A DNA stretch of 64,000 nt from Scyliorhinus canicula (GCF_902713615.1 NC_052160.1:41419440-41483439), one strand, 5' to 3'. Counted from the first letter of the stretch, positions 46,937-59,813 are shown. Numbers and translations: made by a program. Notes: generated from the letters alone by a model not told the origin.

Positions 46937-48015
46937 GGGGTGGCACAGTGGTTAGCACTGCTGCCCCACAGAGCCAGGGACCCGGGTTCAACTCCGACCT
47001 TGGGTTCGACTCCGACCGTCGGTGACTTTGTGGAATCTGCACAGTCTACCCGTGTCTGCGTGGGTTTCCTCCGGGTGCTCTGATTTCCTCCCACAGTCCA
47101 AATATGTGCAGGTTAGGTGAATTGGCCAGGTTAAATTGCCCCTTAATGTCCAATGGTTAGATTACTAGGTTACGGGGATTGGGTGGGAGAGTGGGCCTAG
47201 GTTTGGTGCTCTTTCAGAGAGTTGGTGCAGATTCGATGGGCCGAATGGCCTCCTTCTGCACTGTAGGGATTCTATTCTATGATTTAATTTTGTTTAGCAG
47301 TAAAATAATACCATATAAGAGGATAATAATCTTGAAAGTGTCACATGTAGGCTCACATTAACACTGCTATGAATAGCATTGCTGCCTCAAAGCGCCGAGG
47401 TCCCAGGTTCAATCCCTGTTCTGGGTCACTGTCCGTGTGGAGTTTGCACATTCTCCCCGTGTTTGCGTGGGATTCGCCCCCACAACCCAAAGATGTGCAG
47501 GGTAGGTGGATTAGCAATGCTAAATTGCCCCTTAATTTGAAAAAATGAATTGAGTAGTCTAAATTTATTTTTAAAAAGCACTGCCATGAAATTACTGTGA
47601 AAATCCCCTAGTCGCCACACTCCGATGCCTGTTCGAGTACACTGAGAGAGAATTCAGAATGTCCAATTCACCAAACAAGCACATCTTCCGGCACCTGTGG
47701 GGTTTGATTCCTGGCTTGGGTCACTGCCTGTCTGGAGTCTGCACGTTCTCCCCGTGTCGGCGTGAGTTTCCTCCAGGTGCTTCAGTTTCCTCCCACAAGT
47801 CCCGGAAGATGTGCTGTTAGGTGAATTGGACATTCTGAATTCTCCCTCAGTGTACCCGAACAGGCACCGGAGTGTGGAGACTAGGGAATTTTCACAGTAA
47901 CTTCACTGCAGCGTTAATGTAAGCTTACTTGTGACACTAATTAAGATTATTATATTATAACCCCGGTTCCTTGGCGTTGTGAAGCAACAGTGCTAACTAC
48001 TATGCTCCCGTGCCA
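46937..48015. mobile_element. SINE cluster in the putative SCNN1G 3'UTR: + HE1-like (46937-47282), + short (47375-47577), - tail (47583-47700), + alternative-tail V-SINE (47701-47956), - head (47959-48015)
   Basis: Consensus matches on both strands. Confidence 0.8.
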
Positions 48016-48171
48016 CTTAGATGCGGGAATAGGTCGGTGCAGTGAGCACAGAGACGTCAGCCAGTTCACGGGAGACATGAACTAGTAAAACACGATCATC
48101 AAAGCAGATGATACCTTTAGTCCAGGAATGTATACGGTCTTCTTCCCTCTTACCTTTGTGATCCAATCAGT

Positions 48172-48480
48172 AATAAACGCTGTTTCAAATTGTTGCCAAT
48201 AACAAACAACTGGTCATCCAGCTGGAACCGGTCCAATCAATATATAAGTAGTTCTTCTGTGTTTGATTCTAACATGTAACAAAAGTCACAAATTGTAAAT
48301 CATTTTTGAAAGTGTACCCAACAACTTTTATTGTAAAAATAAAAAGGTGATTTAAAATCACAAATGCTTTAGTCCAATCTAGTGCTGTGCGGTCTGTGTG
48401 TCTCAGTGTCTGCCCAGCTGTTTTCTGGTGCTGTATGTGTCTCAGGTTTAGGGTAGGATGTTGGCTGTGCTTTTATTTTG
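48172..48480 (+). terminator. Putative SCNN1G polyadenylation region (copy 1)
   Basis: AATAAA at 48172 and 48338, several TGTA motifs upstream of the second, and a GT/T-rich tract downstream. Confidence 0.5.
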
Positions 48481-48702
48481 TATTTAGAAAGGTGAGGAAT
48501 TATCGGTGCTGGTTTTGTACTGTGCTGCAATATTGAGGTACTTCCTGACCTCTGTGCCTCCTGTCCATTCACAAACTCTGTTAAGTCGTATAATTGGAAA
48601 AGGAAGCAGAGATGAGATGCAGCAAATCAAGATCTGGAATGTGTAACCTGAAAGGGTGACAGGAGCAGGTTCAATAGTAACCACCCAAAGAGAACTGGAG
48701 AA

Positions 48703-49440
48703 TCATAGAATCCCTACAGTGCAGAAGGAGGCCATTCAGCCCATCGAATCTACACCGACACATCGAAAGGGCACTTTACCCATGTCCGTTCCACCCTATC
48801 CTCATAACCCCATGACCTGACCGGTGCATCCCTGGACACTGAGGAGCAATTTATCACGGCCAATCCACCTAACCCACACATCTTTGGACTGTGGGAGGTA
48901 ACCAGAGCACCCGGAGGAAACCTACGCAGACACGGGGAGAACGTGCAGACTCCACACAGTGACCCAAGGTCAGAATTGTACCCAGGTCCCCTGTGCTGTA
49001 AGGCAATAGTGCTAACCACAGTGCCACCCCAAAGAAGTCCTTCTTTCAGACAAGTCCTTGAAAGGGAAACATGTACAGTGCAATGGGGAAAGAGCAGGTT
49101 GTGTTATTAATTGGCTAACTCTTTGGGCAGCACTGAGGCACAAGTGGATAGCACTGTGGCTTCACAGTGCCAGGGTCCCAGGTTCGATTCCCCGCTGGGT
49201 CACTGTGTGGAGTCTGCATGTTCTCCTCGTGTCTGTGTGGGTTTCATCCGGGTGCGCCGGTTTCCTCCCGCAGTCCAAAGACGTGCCGGTTCGGTGGATT
49301 GGCCATGATAAATTGCCCTTGGTGACTAAAAAGGTTAGGAGGGGTTATTGGGTTACGGGGATAGGGTTGAAGTGAAGGCTTAAGTGGGTCGGTGCAGACT
49401 CAATGGGCTGAATGGCCGACTTTTGCACTATGTTCTATGT
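48703..49440. mobile_element. Divergent V-SINE pair (- 48703-49030, + 49124-49440); duplicated at 50857-51188 and 51283-51603
   Basis: Consensus matches. Confidence 0.82.
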
Positions 49441-50326
49441 TCAAAGGCAGCAGAGGGATGGTGGGTTAAAAGGCCTCCAATCACTTTCAATTCATGTGCT
49501 GAAATTAACCAATAGCCTCAGGCAGATCTGAAGTTTATGGGATTATTTTAAAGACAGATTTGTCATTGCCATTTCCAAGTCCATTCACAGTCACAACACA
49601 ATTGGGGCGGTGTGATTTCAGACCTAGCTCATTGACGACAGGCTCCTATGGTGTAATTTCAGAGCAGCAACATAGAGCAAATTATTTTGACTGGTCGCTC
49701 TACAATCTTCTCAATTTAAGTCCCAATGGAGGGACTTGCCACACACTGCCTCAGTACTCCCTCACTCCCACTCTCTACCCCTCAATACCTGCTCCCTCCA
49801 CAATCAAGGTACGCGGCACGGTAGCACAATGTTGCTTCACGGTGGCTGGGTCCTAGGTTCGATTCCCGCCTTGGGCCACTGTCTGCACGGAGTCTGCACG
49901 GTCTCCCTGTGTCTGCATGGATTTCTTCCGGGTGCTTCGGTTTCCTCCCACAAGTCCCGGAAGATGTGCTGTTAGGTGAATTGGACATTCTGAATTCTCC
50001 CTCAGTGTACCCGAACAGGCACCGGAGTGTGGCGACTAGAGAATTTTCACAGTAACTTCACTGCAGCGTTAATGTAAGCTTACTTGTGACACTAATCAAG
50101 ATTATTATATTATAACCCCGGGTCGCTGGCGCTGTGAAGCAACAGTGCTAACTACTATGCTCCCGTGCCACTTAGATGTGGGAATAAGTCGGTGCAGTGA
50201 GCACAGAGACGTCAGCCAGTTCACGGGAGACATGAACTAGTAAAACACGATCATCAAAGCAGATGATACCTTTAGTCCAGGAATGTATTCAGTCTTCTTC
50301 CCTCTTACCTTTGTGATCCAATCAGT

Positions 50327-50640
50327 AATAAACGCTGTTTCAAATTGTTGCCAATAACAAACTACTGGTCATCCAGCTGGAACCGGTCCAATCCGTATAT
50401 AAGTAGTTCTTCTGTGTTTGATTCTAACATGTAACAAAAGTCACAAATTGTAAATCATTTTTGAAAGTGTACCCAACAACTTTTATTGTAAAAATAAAAA
50501 GGTGATTTAAAATCACAAATGCTTTAGTCCAATCCAGTGCTGTGCGGTCTGTGTGTCTCAGTGTCTGCCCCAGCTGTTTTCTGGTGCTGTATGTGTCTCA
50601 GGTTTAGGGTAGGATGTTGGCTGTGCTTTTATTTTGTATT
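50327..50640 (+). terminator. Duplicated polyadenylation region (copy 2)
   Basis: AATAAA at 50327 and 50493 in the duplicated segment. Confidence 0.4.
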
Positions 50641-51644
50641 TAGAAAGGTGAGGAATTAATGGTGCTGGTTTTGTACTGTGCTGCAGTATTGAGGTACTTC
50701 CTGACCTCTGTGCCTCCTGTCCATTCACAAACTCTGTTAAGTCGTATAATTGGAAAAGGAAGCAGAGATGAGCTGCAGCAAATCAAGATCTGGAATGTGT
50801 TACCTGAAAGGGTGACAGGAGCAGGTTCAATAGTAACCACCCAGAGAACTGGAGAATCATAGAATCCCTACAGTGCAGAAGGAGGCCATTCAGCCCATTG
50901 AATCTACACCGACACATCGAAAGGGCACTTTACCCATGTCCGTTCCACCCTATCCCCATAACCCCATGACCTGACCTGTGCATCCCTGGACACTGAGGAG
51001 CAATTTATCACGGCCAATCCACCTAACCCACACATCTTTGGACTGTGGGAGGTAACCAGAGCACCCGGAGGAAACCTACGCAGACACGGGGAGAACGTGC
51101 AGACTCCACACAGACAGTGACCCAAGGTCCGAATTATACCCAGGTCCCCTGCGCTGTGAGGCAAGAGTGCTAACCACAGTGCCACCCCAAAGACGTCCTT
51201 CTTTCAGACCAGGCCTTGAAAGGGAAACATGTACAGTGCAATGGGGAAAGAGCAGGGAATGTTATTAATTGACTAGCTTTTTGGGCAGCATGGAGGCACA
51301 ACTGGATAGCACTGTGGCTTCACAGTGCCAGGGTCCCAGGTTCAATTCCCCGCTGGGTCACTGTCTGTGTGGAGTCTGCACGTTCTCCTCGTGTCTGTGG
51401 GTTTCATCCAAGTGCGTCGGTTTCCTCCCGCTGTCCAAAAACGTGCAGATTAAGTGGATTGGCCATGATAAATTGCCCTTAGTGACTAAAAAGGTTAGGG
51501 GGGGTTATTGGGTTACGGGGATAGGGTGGAAGTGAGGGCTTAAGTGGGTTGATGCAGACTCAATAGGCCGAATGGCCGACTTCTGCACTGTATGTTCTAT
51601 GTTCAAAGGCAGCAGAGGGATGGTGGGTTAAAAAGCCTCCGATC

Positions 51645-53005
51645 AACCCAGGGGATCAGGAGGAGGGGATTGGTAGGCTCCCACTGAAGCAGGCAGGGAA
51701 GAGCTTCAGGTACCTAGGAGTCCAGGTGGCTGGGAGCTGGGGGGCCCTGCACAAGCTCAACCTCACAAGGTTGGTGGAGCAGATGGTGGAGGGGTTCAAA
51801 AGGTGGGATGTGTTACTGCTGTCACTGGCGGGGAGGGTGCAGCCCGTTAAAATGACGGTGCTCCCGAGGTTATCGACGATCCTTATCCAGAAGGCCTTTT
51901 TTAGGAGGGTCAACAGGAGTATTACGGGATTTGTGTGGGCGCATGGGACTCCGAGGGTGAGAAGAGTGTTCCTGGAACGGGGCAGGGATAGGGGGGGCTG
52001 GCGTTGCCCAACCTCTGTGGGTATTATTGGGCTGCCAATGCAGCGATGGTGCGTAAGTGGGTAATGGACGGGGAAGGGGCAGCATGGAAGAGGATGGAGG
52101 TGGCGTCCCGTGTGGGCATGAACCTGGAGGCGCTGGTAACGGCGCCGTTGCTGCTCCCTCCAACGAGGTATACCACGAGCCCAGTGGTGGCGGCTACCCT
52201 CAAAATTTGGGGGCAATGGAGATGGCATAGGGGAGAAGTGGGGGGCTCGATGGAGGCCCCGATACGGGGGGGGGGAAACCATCGGTTTGTCCCAGGGAGC
52301 ATTGATGGCGGATATCTGGCCTGGCACAGGGTAGGGGTTAGGAGGTTGAGGGACCTGTTTGTGGAGGGGAGGTTCCCGAGCTTGGGGGAGTTAGAGGGGA
52401 AGTTTGGGCTCCCCCCGGGGAACATGTTTAGGTACATGCAGGTTAGGGCGTTTGCCAGGCAGCAGGCGGAGGGGTTCCCCTTGCTGCCCCCATGTGGGGT
52501 ACGGGACAGGGTGCTCTCGGGGGTATGGGTTGAAGGAGGGAGGATTTTGGACACATACCGGGTAATGCAGGAGGTAGACAAGGCCTCGGTGGAGGAACTG
52601 AAGGGGAAATGGGAAGATGTGCTGGGTGAGGAGATTGAGGAGGGGACGTGGGCGGATGAAATGTAAAAATGAAATGAAAATCGCTTATTGTCATGAGTCG
52701 GCTTCAAATGAAGTTACTGTGAAAAGCCCCTGGAGAGAGTGAATTCCTCCTCTTCCTGTGCGAGGGTGGGGGGGAGGGAGGGGGAGGGGAGTGGGTTTGG
52801 TTCGGTGGGAGGGAGAATTGTACATGGGTTTGTGGGATGTGGCGGGTGTTATCTCTTTCCCTTTTGTTGTTTGGGTGGTTTTTTTTTGTTTTCTTTGCAG
52901 TTGCTTTTATAGTTGGGTGGGTGTTGTTATTGGGTTTTTACCACAGTTGTTTTGTTAATATTGTTTTGTTGTTTATATTTTGTGAAAATATTAATAAAAA
53001 TTATT
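51645..53005 (+). mobile_element. 5'-truncated L1/Tx1-like LINE (ORF2 C-terminal half plus G/T-rich 3'UTR)
   Basis: FRYLGVQVA...LSLAGRVQPVKMTVLPR and YYWAANAAMV motifs; GT-rich 3'UTR ending in AATAAAAA; reverse SINE-tail insert at ~52658-52730. Confidence 0.85.
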
Positions 53006-53010
53006 ATTAG

Positions 53011-53263
53011 TGTGGTGATATGATTTGCATAGCTGTCTGCCATTGGGGCAGAACACCGGCTTACCATTGGCCCTGGTCAGTCATGTGCCTCTCGACCGAT
53101 TAGTCGAGAGGCTGAGTTAACCACGCCTCCTTGCCGAGGTATAAATAGTCAAACGCCCGGCGGTCGTCCATTTTATTGTAGACAACCGCAGGGCTAAGTT
53201 CTAGTTTATTAAAGCCTAACTTTTGTAAAGCAACTCGTCTCTCGTGCAATTGATGGCTCATCA
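53011..53263 (+). mobile_element. Solo LTR (253 bp) with 5-bp TSD ATTAG
   Basis: TG...CA termini; ATTAG at 53006-53010 and 53264-53268; TATAAAT at 53140; ATTAAA at 53208. Confidence 0.85.
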
Positions 53264-53639
53264 ATTAGTACCTGGGACAAAAGCAAACACTCAGGCAATG
53301 GAAATCTGAGATAAGTATAGAAAATGCTGAAAATACTCAGCAGGTCCGGCAGCATCTGTGGAGAGAGTCAGAGTACTGGAATGAAATGTGAGATCTGTTT
53401 CCCGCACAACCTGACCTGCTGGGCATTTCTGGCATTTGTTTGTTTTTAATTTCATTTACTTTTCTTTCTTCAAATCTTTTTATTCTCCTCATTTTCAACA
53501 TTTTCATCAAATAAGCAACCAAAGAAAAAACAAACAAAAACAAATGCAAGAACAATCCCCCAAACACAAACCGCGCCCTGCTCAATGTACAGACCAACAT
53601 CTACCTGTATATTTAGGGTCAAAACAAAACATAACAGTC

Positions 53640-53990
53640 AATCATGGAGGTCTGAGACTAAGCTGGAGACCCAATACAATGAGGCCCATCTTGCCACCCA
53701 TGCTGTCATTGAGTGGTGCATGAGGTTGCTCAAGGTATGGTGCCATGCCGTACACCCCCAGAGGATCTCCCACTTTGTGGTGGTCTGCTGAGCACTCCGC
53801 AGTCTAACACAGCAGAGGGGTGACATGGTGGAGGAGGAGGAGGCAGAGGGACATGTGATCTCATCTGAGGAGGAGGATGCGGGGGACCTGGAAGAAGAGC
53901 CAGTGAATGCAGGCCAGGCGGCGGCAAGGGTCTGACATGCCAGGAGGACCAGGGAGGTCCTCATCATCTCCAGATTCCCCTAGGATGAAG
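53640..53990 (+). pseudogene. PIF/Harbinger transposase C-terminal relic
   Basis: ETQYNEAHLATHAVIEWCMRLLK...RISHFVVVC, then an acidic tail. Confidence 0.7.
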
Positions 53991-55449
53991 CTGCATATGT
54001 CAGCTCAAACCACCCCCCTCATTTCCTTCCCCCATTCTCCTTCCCCGCATTTCCCCTTCCCCTGCATTCCTCCCCCATTTCCCCTCCCCCCATTTACCCC
54101 CGCCCCCATTAACCCACCCCCTTCACACCGCTCGCACTCTCCCCGACCACCCTGTTACCCCCTCCAAGAGTTTGTGTAACATTATTCCAGGGCGATGGGC
54201 CTGCGTTGGCAGTGCCAGCTGGTCACTATACAGGGAAGGAGAGTGATGATAACTCACTGTGAGGTTAGCTCTGGTGCTCCTCTGTTTCTGCTAAATTCCG
54301 ACTTTCTGCTGACAGCGAGCTCACACACACCCTCTGAGCGGACTCTGCATCGGAGACCTTTGATCTTGGACCACTGTGCCCGAGGACAGGGGAGTTGGGA
54401 AGCGGAGGGCAACAGTGGGTGCGGATGCGGGCAGGCCCACTGTGAAGATTAACGTGACAGAGTATGAAGTGTGACATGTTTTAATAGTGAACATTTTACT
54501 GTGACAGATTTCCATTCCCCCTAGCTACAGATAATGACCACACCAGTGCCCATTCTGTGCTCCTGACTCTTCTCAATCGTCCGTGGTCGAGTGCTATCTC
54601 TCAGAGTGTCCCTAGGATGCGCATCAGAGGTGGGGGACAGCCTGCTGCTTTCTGCACCCTGTGGCCTTTGATGGTCTTGGCAGACATCCTCTGGAGCAGA
54701 GTTTATCAAACCTGGGGTCGCGATCTGCAGGTGGGTCGCGGGCGGGTGTCGAGAGGGTTGCGGAGCGATTAGTCGTGGCACGCCCCATCGCGATCCTATT
54801 CCTGGTGCATCTGGTGGGCAGTAGGCATTACAGGGCAGCACCACGCCACCTGGGACACCCAAGCAGCAGCCAGGCCCACCCAGGCCTGATCGCCCCAGAA
54901 GATATCCGCCAAAGGGGACTCGGGTCGCAGGGCAGGAATCACAGCAGGCTGTCTACCTGGACGTAGCGTTAGGGTCCGTAAGGCCAGGAAGTTAGACACT
55001 AGTTAAGTTGGCACAGGTGCAGGGCACAGTTTAGTTATCGGGACGAGGGTACAAATCTGTATATATTCATTCACATTAAACACCTGTTACCACTGTTACA
55101 ACCTGCTTCGGTGCTCTGTCTGATGGGTGGGTATCCAGGCAGGCGGGGGGAGGGGGAGGGTGGAGTAGAATGGGCGGATGTTGGTGGGAGGGGGGGGGGG
55201 AATGGGAAGACCCTGTGAGTGGCTCGGGTCCTCACCCCCCCCCCCACAACCATCCCCACCACTGCCACCCCAGGAATTAAACGGGACCATGTGATGGACT
55301 GGACAGCTCGCATGCAGGGATCACCCAGGTGGGAAGTGCTGCTGTAGGCAGGAGTCAGACATCGTCGTACGATACGGAGCACCAGAGCTCATCGCAGGTA
55401 TGTATCATGAAGGGAGTTGCAGGCCATGGCCCTGGCCAGTCCCTCTCCT

Positions 55450-56440
55450 CCACCCCGTCAGTCGGTGAACCTGGAGGTGATCAGAGTATCCCGTGCACGT
55501 TGGCCCTGGCGCACATGTTGTGCAGCCTCCTGTATTAGCCTGAGCTCATAGTCCTGCCCATCCTTCCCCTCCCTCACATCCTTCTCAACGGAGAAGGCCT
55601 GGCGTTCCTCCTCCTCCTTCAACACATCACCCCTCTGCTGTGAGATGTGGTGGAAGAAACAGCAGGCCGCCACAATGCAGGCGATCCTCTCAGCGTCATA
55701 CTGGCTGCCCTTCCAGAGCAGTCCAGGCACCTAAACCGCATCTTCAGGATGCCGAAGCATTGCTCGATCACACCACTAGTCCCTGCATGGGCATTGTTGT
55801 AGTGGGTCTCCACATCAGTGCGTGGCCTCTGGATAGGAGTCATCAGTCACGACCGCAGTGGATAACCCCGTCACTCTGGAACCAACCCCCCCCCCCCCCC
55901 CCCCCCCCCCCAGCCGGGGTGGGCATCATGAACATGTCAGGAATCGTAGAGAGTGTCAGGATGAAGGCATCATGCACACTGCTCGGGTACCGCCACAGAC
56001 GTGTATGATGCGCATCCGATGATCACATATCAGCTGCACATTCATCGAGTGGAGCCCCATTTGGTTTGTGTACAGCGGCCTATAATCCACAGGTGCTCCT
56101 AGGGTGACATGCATCCTGCCGATCACTCCCTGGACCCGGGGCATCCCGTTGATGGAGGCGAACCCCGCTGCCCGGGCACCCTAGTGGGTTTGTTCCACAT
56201 GGAAATGGATGTATTGAGCCACCTGGGCATATAGGGCCTCCATGACTGTACGGATATACCTGTGCACCGAGGTCTGTGAGATCCCGAACAGGTCCCCACT
56301 CGACGCCTGGAAGGATCCTCGCATAAAGGTTCAGGGCAACCATCACCTTGACACCATTGGGAGCGGATGTTCTCCCTCATACTCCTGCGGTGTCAGGTGC
56401 TCTGTAATCTGACAGATATGTCGACTATCTCTCTGCTCAG
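55450..56440 (-). pseudogene. PIF/Harbinger (DDE_Tnp_4-like) transposase, frameshifted
   Basis: PRVQGVIGRMHV, GLHSMNVQLICDH, ETHYNNAHAGTSGVIEQCFGILKMRFRCLD, IACIVAACCFFHH. Confidence 0.85.
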
Positions 56441-56632
56441 CACTAAATAAGTGCGTATTTATGTGATTTTATGTGTGTGTGCGTGTATGTGATTGTGTGT
56501 CTATGTATGTGATTGCATGTACGTATGTGATTGTGTGTATATGTATGTGATTGTGTGTATATGTATATGATTGTGTGTCTGTGTATGTGATTGTGTGTCT
56601 GTATGTATGTATGTGATTGCGTGTATGTATAT

Positions 56633-56815
56633 GGGGCTGGTTTAGCTCACCAGGCTAAATCGCTGGCTTTTAAAGCAGACCAAGCAGGCCAGCAGTACGG
56701 TTCGATTCCTGTACCAGCCTCCCCGGACAGGCGCCGGAATGTGGCGACTAGGGGCTTTTCACAGTAACTTCATTGAAGCCTACTCGTGACAATAAGCAAT
56801 TTTCATTTCATTTCA
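56633..56815 (+). mobile_element. Short tRNA SINE with (CATTT)n tail, inserted in the TG satellite
   Basis: Same family as the 21329 copy. Confidence 0.82.
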
Positions 56816-57970
56816 TGTGATTGTGTGTATATGTGTGTGTATATATATGTGTGTGATTGTGTGTATATATGTGATTATGTGCGTATATATGATTGTGTGT
56901 GTATATGTGATTGTGTGCATGTATGTGATTGTGTGTATAGAACATACAGTGCTGAAGGAGGCCATTCGGCCCATCGAGTCTGCACCGACCCATTTAAGCC
57001 CTCACTTCCACCCTATGCCCGTAACCCAATAACACCTCCAAGCCTTTTTGGCCCTTAGTATGTGATTGTGTGTGTATGAATGTGATTGTGTGTGTATGTG
57101 ATTGTTTGTGTGTATGTGTATGATTGTGTGTGTATGTATGTATGTGATTGTGTGTTTGATTATGTGTGTGCATATATATATATATGTGATTGTGTGTGTA
57201 TGTGATTGTGTGTGTATGTGATATAGTGTGTGTATGTGATTGTGTGTTTAATTGTGCGTGTGTATATGTGTGATTGTGTGTGTATATATATATGTGATTG
57301 TGTGTATATGATTCTGTGTGTATATATGTGACTGTGTATGTGTATGTGATTGTATGTATATATGTGATAGTGTGTATATATGTGATTGTGTGTGTCTGTA
57401 TATATGTGATTGTGTGTGTGTATTTATGTGATTTTGCGTGTAAATGTATGTGATTGTGTGTGTATGGTTGTGTGTATATATATGTGATTCTGTGTGTATA
57501 TATGGATTTGATTGTGTGTTTGATTATGTATATATATATGATTGTGTGTGTGTACGTGATTATGTGTGTGTGTGATTGTGTGTATATATGTGATTGTGTG
57601 TATATAAATGTGATTGTGTGTATATAGATGATTGTGTGTGTGTATATGTGATTGTGTGTAGGTGATTGTGTGTGTATATGTGATTGTGTGTGTAATGATT
57701 GTGTGTGTATGTGATTGTGTATATATGTATCTGATTGTGTATTGCGATTGTGTATATATGTATCTGATTATGCGTTTGATTGTGTATATATATGTGATTG
57801 TGTGTGTATATATGTGTATATATGTGATTCTGTGTATATATGATTGTGTGTGTAAGTGATTTTGTGTATGTGATTGTGTGTGTGTATATATGTGATTGTG
57901 TGTATATAGATGATTGTGTGTGTGTGTATATGTGATTGTGTGTAGGTGATTGTGTGTGTGTGTGTGTATA

Positions 57971-58110
57971 TAAGAACATAAGAACTAGGAGCAGGAGTAG
58001 GCCATTTGGCCCCTCGAGCCTGCTCCGCCATTCAATTAGATCATGGCTGATCTTTTGTGGACTCAGCTCCACTTTCCGGCCCGAACAGCATAACCCTTAA
58101 TCCCCTTATT
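57971..58110 (-). mobile_element. CR1 3'-tail fragment in the TG satellite (a similar HE1/CR1 tail lies at 56937-57055)
   Basis: Reverse tail ...ggcctactcctgctcctagttcttatgttctt. Confidence 0.75.
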
Positions 58111-59813
58111 ATTCTATATGTGATTGTGTGTGTGTATATGTGATTGTATGTGTATATGATTGATTGTGTGTGTGTGTATGTGATTGCGTGTGTGTATGTG
58201 ATTGTCTGTATATATGTGATTGTGTATATATGTATCTGATTGTGTGTTTGATTGTGTGTATATATGTGATTGTGCGTGTATATATGTGTATATATATATG
58301 ATTGTGTGTGTATATGATTGTGTGTGTATATGTGTTGCGTGTGCGTGTCTGTATATATATGTGATTGTGTGTGTTTATATATTGTGTGTAAGTGATTTTG
58401 TGTATGTGATTGTGTGTATATATGTGATTGTATGTGATTTTCTGTGTGTGTGTATGTGATTTTGTGCATGTATATGTGATTGTGTTTGTGTAAGTGATTG
58501 TGTGTGTATATATGTGATTGTGTGTGTGTGTGTGTGTGATTGTATGTGATTGTATGTGTGTGTGTGTGTGTGTATATATGTGATTGTGTGCGTATGTGAT
58601 TGTGTGTGTGTATATATGTGATTGTGTGTGTGTGTATATATGTGATTGTGTGTGTATATATGTGATTGTGTGTGTGTATATATATGTGATTGTGTGTGTG
58701 TGTGTGATTGTATATGTGTGTGTATGTGATTGTGTTTGTGTGTGTATATATATGTGATTGTGTGTGTGTATATTCGTGATTTTGTGTGTATATATGTGAT
58801 TGAGTGTGTGTGTGTATGTATATGTGATTGTGTGTGTATGTGATTGATTGTGTGTGCATATATGTGATTGTGTGTGTATATCTATGTGATTGTGTGTGTA
58901 TATCTATGTGATTGTGTGTATATATATGTGATTGTGTGTATATATGTGGTTGTGTGTGTGTATATAAATGTGATTGTGTGTATATAGATGATTGTGTGTG
59001 TGTGTAGGTGATTGTGTGTGTGTATATGTGATTGTGTGTGTACGTGATTGTGTGTGACTATGTGTGTGATTTTGTGAGTATGCGTGTATATGTGATTGCG
59101 TGTGTATATGATTGTGTGTGTGTATGTGATTACATGTGATATTGTGATTGTATATATATGTATCTGATTGTGTATTGCGATTGTGTATATATGTATCTGA
59201 TTATGTGTTTGATTGTGTATATATATGTGATTGTGCGTGTATGTGATTGTGTGTGTATATATGTGATTGTGTGTGTGTGTATGTGATTGTGTGTGTATAT
59301 ATATGTGATTGTGTGTGTGTATATATATGTGATTGTGTGTGTGTGTATGTGATTGTGTGTGTGTGTATATATATGTGATTGTGTGTGTATATATGTGATT
59401 TTGTGTATGTGATTGTATATGTGTGTGTATATGTGATTGTGTTTGTGTGTATATATATGTGATTGTGTGTGTATATTCGTGATTTTGTGTGTATATATGA
59501 TTGAGTGTGTGTATATATATGTGATTGTGTGTGTACATATGTGATTGTGTGTGTATGTGATTGTGTGCGCATATATGATTGTGTGTATATCTATGTGATT
59601 GTGTGTGTACATATGTGATTGTGTGTGTATGTGATTGTGCGTGCGNNNNNNNNNNNNNNNNNNNNNNNNNNNNNNNNNNNNNNNNNNNNNNNNNNNNNNN
59701 NNNNNNNNNNNNNNNNNNNNNNNNNNNNNNNNNNNNNNNNNNNNNNNNNNNNNNNNNNNNNNNNNNNNNNNNNNNNNNNNNNNNNNNNNNNNNNNNNNNN
59801 NNNNNNNNNNNNN

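Larger units (their letters stand above)
47777..51644. repeat. Tandem segmental duplication, period ~2155-2162 bp (copy 1 ~47777-49931; copy 2 ~49932-51644, truncated)
   Basis: Colinear near-identity, e.g. tatgctcccgtgccacttagatg at 48001 and 50156. ORFs 48484-48684 and 50640-50840 are near-identical. Confidence 0.93.

Noticed and set aside
55450-56440. Domesticated HARBI1 gene
   Set aside because: Multiple frameshifts and degenerate catalytic motifs, with a second relic nearby; this is a transposon fossil.
9483-56815. tRNA genes
   Set aside because: All A/B-box sequences run into SINE or LINE bodies and lack a full cloverleaf with terminator.
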